Assembly: GCA_040285855.1 (NCBI GenBank)
Contig: JAUFOQ010000003.1
Location: 248,001 to 312,000 of the forward strand
Length of the DNA stretch: 64,000 nucleotides
Direction: 5' to 3'
From: Eukaryota sp. GEM-RC1
Taxonomy: Eukaryota
Shown: positions 62,278 to 64,000 of the stretch, one piece after another
Position numbering within the stretch: the first letter of the stretch is position 1
How the letters are laid out: each line of letters begins with the position of its first letter
Notes under the pieces: model-generated
Seen by the model: only the letters and a program-made list of their open reading frames with translations
Told to the model about the DNA's origin: nothing
Databases searched by the model: none
Made by a program: the position numbers and the translations under genes

Positions 62278-63756
62278 ATGATTCAGTTCATTGAAAAGCA
62301 CCACACCCTCAAGATTTCCATCACAAACATGCTATTTATTGGAGGATTGGTCATATGCATCATCGTCTTCATTCTATCTAGCTATTCTTCGCTGTGTTCA
62401 GTGAAACCTCGTGCTTCATATGTCTACTATTCAACTACTTTCCTCTTTCTATTCACCATTGGTAACTGGTTCATCCATCCTTTCTCCAACTATCCCATGT
62501 TACCATATCCTCTTACTTGGTATCTCTCTTTGTGTGTCTATGTTTACTGTGCCTGGATGATGACTGGTAAAATCAAGATGCTCAGAATTCTACGCTTCTG
62601 CTTCATGTATCCTGCCATTGTTTATTTCACTGCCACTTTCTTCTCCCTATGTCTCTCCCCACTCTTCTACTTCTTCCCATCCATTGTCTCCCGTGTCTGC
62701 CTCGCCATCTCTCTCATTGCTCTTCATCAAACAACCTCTGTTAAGAAAGAACTAGTCACCATCAACATTACCAAGCCTCACACCCCAACATCTTTCACTC
62801 GCTCCTTCTTCTCTTTCTTCCCTCAAGGTCTCACAAGGACGTCTCTGCCATCTAAGACTATCATTTTAGATCGCTCAGAGGATAATGAAAGAAAATGCTT
62901 ACGTGTCATTCAGCTCTCTGACCTCCATTTATCATGTTTAATGACTCCCAAGAAAGCTCATAAACTTGTTAGGAATGCAGTTTCCCTTGACCCTGATCTT
63001 GTTGTAATCACTGGTGACGTCATCAACCCTGAAATGTCAAGACTAACTGGCGCTGTAAGCTACGTATTTGGCCCATTAGTAGCTTTGAAGGGCAAAGTAT
63101 TCGCTGTCCTAGGTAACAACGACCTCAATGTCTCCTACTTGAAGAATGTCTACAAATCTCTTGGCATTACACTACTCAGGGATAGAGAGGCAATAGTAGA
63201 GACTCCTGCAGGTCCAGTTCAGATACTAGGAGCTGATTGTAGGGTTTTTAACCCCCAATCTGCAATTAGAAGGTTGGTGTTGAAGTTTCCTCCGATTGAG
63301 AATCATTTTAGAATGTTGTTGATTCATGATCCTGAGATTTGTAAACACCTTCCTGATTTGAAATTAGCTGATCCCACTGATCGCATCAACGCAATCAGAA
63401 TAGCTCAAAAACATTTCGCTGAAGGTTATATCGATTCGTCAATTGGCCCTGATACTGTTGATATCAATCGAACTCCCGGCGATGAAGGTCATGGATTGGA
63501 TTTGATTTTGGCAGGTGGTACCAATGGGGGTCACATCAACTTAGTTCCCTTTTGTATTAACAGATCGTTTGACGTCATACGGTGGCTCACTGGTAATCCA
63601 ACACGGAATCTGTGGAAAAAGGGTGGAAATCATTTGTTTATTCATCGAGGACTTGGTGTTTTTGGATTTCCTCTCAGATTAAACGTTCCACCTGAGTTTT
63701 GTTTTATTAAGGTGTATTATGATGAAGAAACTGATACTCAAAAGAAAATTAGTTAG
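62278..63756 (+). CDS. Transmembrane calcineurin-like metallophosphoesterase (TMPPE/YkuE-like), with degenerate metal ligands
   Basis: Several N-terminal TM helices, then QLSDLH, ITGDVIN, VLGNND, LLIHDP, LAGGTNGGHI, GLGVFGFPLRL..PPE. Confidence 0.85.
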   Translation: MIQFIEKHHTLKISITNMLFIGGLVICIIVFILSSYSSLCSVKPRASYVYYSTTFLFLFTIGNWFIHPFSNYPMLPYPLTWYLSLCVYVYCAWMMTGKIKMLRILRFCFMYPAIVYFTATFFSLCLSPLFYFFPSIVSRVCLAISLIALHQTTSVKKELVTINITKPHTPTSFTRSFFSFFPQGLTRTSLPSKTIILDRSEDNERKCLRVIQLSDLHLSCLMTPKKAHKLVRNAVSLDPDLVVITGDVINPEMSRLTGAVSYVFGPLVALKGKVFAVLGNNDLNVSYLKNVYKSLGITLLRDREAIVETPAGPVQILGADCRVFNPQSAIRRLVLKFPPIENHFRMLLIHDPEICKHLPDLKLADPTDRINAIRIAQKHFAEGYIDSSIGPDTVDINRTPGDEGHGLDLILAGGTNGGHINLVPFCINRSFDVIRWLTGNPTRNLWKKGGNHLFIHRGLGVFGFPLRLNVPPEFCFIKVYYDEETDTQKKIS

Positions 63757-64000
63757 GTTATATTGATTTTTCTTGTGATTTGATGGGTACTCTAATTGTA
63801 CAACAATTTCTACTGAAATATATTCTTTCAAAAAAGAACTATCTTTGGTCTTTTTTGTTTCATTCTGCTTATGTTACATATCATGCTCCTTCACTTAATA
63901 TTTTAGAAATTTTAAAACTTTTAAATAAACTTATTATAGAATTTCCATTTGCAGCAATTCCATTAGTGTTTCCACGTTGATAGAATCCGGCAAAGCCTGA

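Noticed and set aside
1..64000. Alternative genetic code (stop-codon reassignment) as the cause of fragmented ORFs
   Set aside because: Breaks are frame changes, not in-frame stops. TAA (ACL4), TAG (DLD, TPS) and TGA (BUD13) all terminate conserved genes at expected positions.
1..64000. Prokaryotic features (operons, CRISPR array, rRNA/tRNA)
   Set aside because: Spliceosomal introns and eukaryote-specific genes (VPS11, BUD13, ACL4, MINDY) are present. I saw no regularly spaced repeats or recognisable structural RNA genes.

Overview
Compact, AT-rich eukaryotic (protist) genomic DNA using the standard genetic code. Tiny 29-37 nt spliceosomal introns with a fixed branch-point-to-3'SS spacing, plus an ML-starting presequence on dihydrolipoamide dehydrogenase, suggest a metamonad-like anaerobe (inference). 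The first 26.3 kb is one apparently intronless giant secreted or surface beta-solenoid gene on the minus strand. It encodes more than 8,700 aa, runs off the window edge, and is split by 7 single-base frame breaks. The rest alternates between two kinds of block. Tightly packed housekeeping genes include F-box/LRR, ACL4, PKA-R-like, MINDY, TPS-TPP, LCAT/PLA2G15, DLD, VPS11, BUD13 and a TM-metallophosphoesterase. Accessory islands carry at least four copies of a P-loop NTPase + PD-(D/E)xK nuclease family with Crinkler/RHS-like architecture, intermixed with hAT, MULE and CRE-type non-LTR remnants. Single-base frame breaks of both signs occur at homopolymers throughout, including in conserved genes, and are most likely long-read consensus errors.
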